A DNA stretch of 64,000 bases from Octopus bimaculoides (lineage: Eukaryota), in assembly GCF_001194135.2 (NCBI RefSeq), contig NC_068983.1, forward strand, positions 88,268,679-88,332,678, given 5' to 3'. Positions 61,801 through 64,000 of the stretch are shown here, piece after piece. The position numbers were made by a program, and so were the translations under genes. Within the stretch, counting starts at the first letter, position 1; the number at the start of each line of letters is the position of its first letter. The notes beneath the pieces were generated by a model that saw only the letters and a program-made list of their open reading frames with translations, made no database searches and was not told the DNA's origin.

Positions 61801-62814
61801 TATAGCGACCGTGCGACCAGGAGATGGTGATGAAGGAATGGTTCCTTTAGTGCATCGCACAGTCGGCACAAATATAAAAAACAAATAGATGGAATGAGTT
61901 ACAAGAGTTAAGTGCCAACAAGAAAAGAGAGAGACTCAACCGGTAAAATGTATAAAGTAAGGTTTTATTGGTAGTCAACTAGAATGTCTGTGTGTGAGTG
62001 TATGCGACATAATAAAACACAATATTAGACAGGCCATCATGTAAGCAAAGAGTGTGTGTGTATACAAAAATGTATATGAATGCAAGAGATACAGAGCATA
62101 GAAAACAGTCTATAATAAGGATGTTAGAAGTCCAGACATAAGGATGAGAAATACCAGTTCGTAGCTAAGGCACACAGTAGGTTGAAATGCTGTACCAAGA
62201 GGTTGTGGCATTGAAGGCAGAGCCGTAGTAAGACACATGTCATGTAAGAAGTTGAGGCTTCAATGCTGTGGCCAGTTACTTGGTACAAGAGTTCTCGCAG
62301 GTTGTATTCTGGCTGTTAACCCTGGTGAAGCATTTCACACAAACAGCGTGGAGAAAGTTATGTTAGCATTGCTGGTTTGGTGTGTACGTTGAGATGTCAA
62401 TGTAGACGCTGGCGACGAAGAAGCTTGTAGTAAACAGTTAGTTGAACGGTGGTGTTGGTTCTCCAATGGAGCAGAGTCATGTCGTCGCTAGAACTGGCTG
62501 GTGCTCTGTGGTCAGTGGCTAGACCTCAGAAGGTCTAAGACCAAGAAAAACTTTTGCACAGACAAGCTACCTATTTAAGAGAAATAATTGACTCAGACAG
62601 GAGTTCAGAAAACCGTTCCATGTGACCTTATCAGAAGGCTATGATTGGTTGGTTTACACCCTGGCACGAAATAGAACAAGAGACAAAAGTGTGCCAATAC
62701 CAACTGATCAGAGTGGTGGACACAACAGGGTCCAAAGATGCGGCGAAAGGCTAGATGTTATCTGCTATGTCCGCATTCACATATATATAACTGAGAGAGA
62801 GAAGCTTCGCTACA
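61801..62814 (-). mobile_element. Solo LTR (1014 bp) with 4-bp TSD GGAC
   Basis: Ends T(A)TAGCGA...TCGCTACA (inverted termini, TG..CA with one substitution); GGAC at 61797-61800 and 62815-62818. On the minus strand a TATA-like element (near 62575) precedes AATAAA (near 61965). Confidence 0.88.
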
Positions 62815-63039
62815 GGACTAAAAGCAATTAATATTCATGGAAACAGAGGGACTGTAGTAATACTGATTACATGATCATCTTGATCATTATCATCATCATC
62901 ACCAGTTATCATACATCTTCCATGTTGGCATGGCTTTGAAAGCATCCAGCAAACCACATGGGTGCGTTGTACTCCAATGTCAGCTTTGGCATGACTTCTA
63001 CAGTTGGAAGCCATTCATAATATCAACCATTTAAGAGAT

Positions 63040-63202
63040 GCAGGCATGGCCATGTGGTAAGAAGCTTGCTTCTCAGCCACATGGTCCTGGATTCAGTTCT
63101 ACTACATGGCATCTAGAGCAAGTATCTTCTACTATAACCCTGGACTGACCAAAGCCTTCTGAGTGGATTTGGTAGATGAAAGAAGCTCATCGTATATATG
63201 TG

Positions 63203-63280
<78 letters not shown>

Positions 63281-63490
63281 GTGTGTCCCCCACCACTGTT
63301 TGACAACTCGTGTTGGTCTGTTTATGTCCCTGTAACTTAGCAGTTCAGCAAAAGAGACCAATAGAATAAGTAACAGGCTTCAAAATAAAATTTGAGTACT
63401 GGGGTTGATATATTTGACTAAAAGTTCTTCAAGGCAGTGCCCCAAGATGTCCGTAGTCTAATGACTGAAACAAGTAAAAGGTAAAAGATG
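63040..63490 (+). mobile_element. Full-length SINE family B
   Basis: Head (gtggtaagaagcttgct...ggattcagtt), (TA)n, 3' module ending gactgaaacaagtaaaag. Confidence 0.85.
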
Positions 63491-63558
63491 TACTCGGTGC
63501 TTTTTACATAACCAGCAGCATTAGAGAGGTTACCTAGTAACTGACAAAACAGGAAAAA

Positions 63559-63976
63559 AAAACAAGCAATGTTAATTCTCTAAATGCAGTTACTGTTAAT
63601 ACTTCATTTAGAGAATTAACATTGCTTGTTTTCACTTTTTCGATATCAGTGAAGAATTTCACTGGAAAAATATACATATGGTTGCCAAGAATTTGTACCT
63701 CTCATCAAAGGTCGGTAGCTATCGGACGCTGACGAAGGGAAATAACCCTGAAACCCGGGTCCGTTCGTGCTACGATCAAGATGAGAGGGGTAACTTCCCT
63801 TGGCAAAACAAACAGGACACAGTAGTGTGTCGATAAGCCAGCTGGAGGAGATGTCCTCCTGGGGCTAAAGCAACAGTAACATCCACCCCTAGGGGTCAGC
63901 CACACTTAAGTGGCAATACACTTCACTTTATCGTGCAGTTATTGTTAATACTTCATTTAGAGAATTAACATTGCTT
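63559..63976 (+). mobile_element. Retrozyme-like / non-autonomous Penelope-type element: 349-bp monomer, 43-bp terminal direct repeat, inverted 5' end
   Basis: Direct repeats 63585-63627 and 63934-63976 (1 mismatch); inverted repeat 63559-63586 versus 63605-63632; followed by (TA)n; contains the hammerhead; no credible ORF. Confidence 0.72.
63715..63773 (+). ncRNA. Type I hammerhead ribozyme (predicted cleavage after C63761, GUC)
   Basis: Stem I cggacg (63723-28)/cgttcg (63762-67) extended by gtagc/gctac across an internal loop; core CUGACGA 63729-35; stem II aggg-aaataa-ccct; GAAA 63750-53; palindromic stem III a-cccggg-u; H17=C. Confidence 0.88.
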
Positions 63977-64000
63977 ATATATATATATATATATATATAT

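Noticed and set aside
63705-63905. 66-aa minus-strand ORF
   Set aside because: Antisense to the hammerhead element; short, with no domain; the structure is explained by RNA folding on the + strand.
1-64000. CRISPR arrays, rRNA, genuine tRNA genes, prokaryotic operons
   Set aside because: None seen; tRNA-like boxes are SINE heads lacking a complete cloverleaf.

Overview
AT-rich, gap-containing eukaryotic scaffold. Inference from the SINE/LINE families and the dense (TA)n/(CA)n tracts: a coleoid cephalopod, most likely Octopus. Most of the window is a transposon graveyard: a near-full-length decayed RTE/BovB-type LINE (1.7-5.1 kb), a Gypsy deletion derivative, mariner and Tc1 fragments, Penelope GIY-YIG and RT fragments, a CRE-clade RT/RLE element, a CR1-like RT remnant, a second RTE family with a same-family copy nested inside it (52.9-57.7 kb), a solo LTR with a 4-bp TSD (61.8-62.8 kb), piggyBac-type MITEs and many tRNA-derived SINEs. 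One host-gene segment is well supported: a + strand terminal coding exon at 46895-47199 (no protein family recognised), followed by a long repeat-poor probable 3'UTR. Other exons are only candidates. The standout observation is an intact-looking type I hammerhead ribozyme (core 63729-63761, predicted GUC cleavage after 63761). It lies in a 349-bp non-coding, hairpin-rich monomer with a 43-bp terminal direct repeat and an inverted 5' end, the architecture of a retrozyme or non-autonomous Penelope-mobilised element. Degenerate hammerhead-like motifs occur at other Penelope-type ends. Several long inverted repeats (a 435-bp pair, a perfect 64-bp palindrome, opposed SINE clusters) are candidate dsRNA/A-to-I editing substrates. 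Most ORFs in the supplied track are microsatellite, gap or antisense-TE artefacts. All alignments and folds were done by eye.
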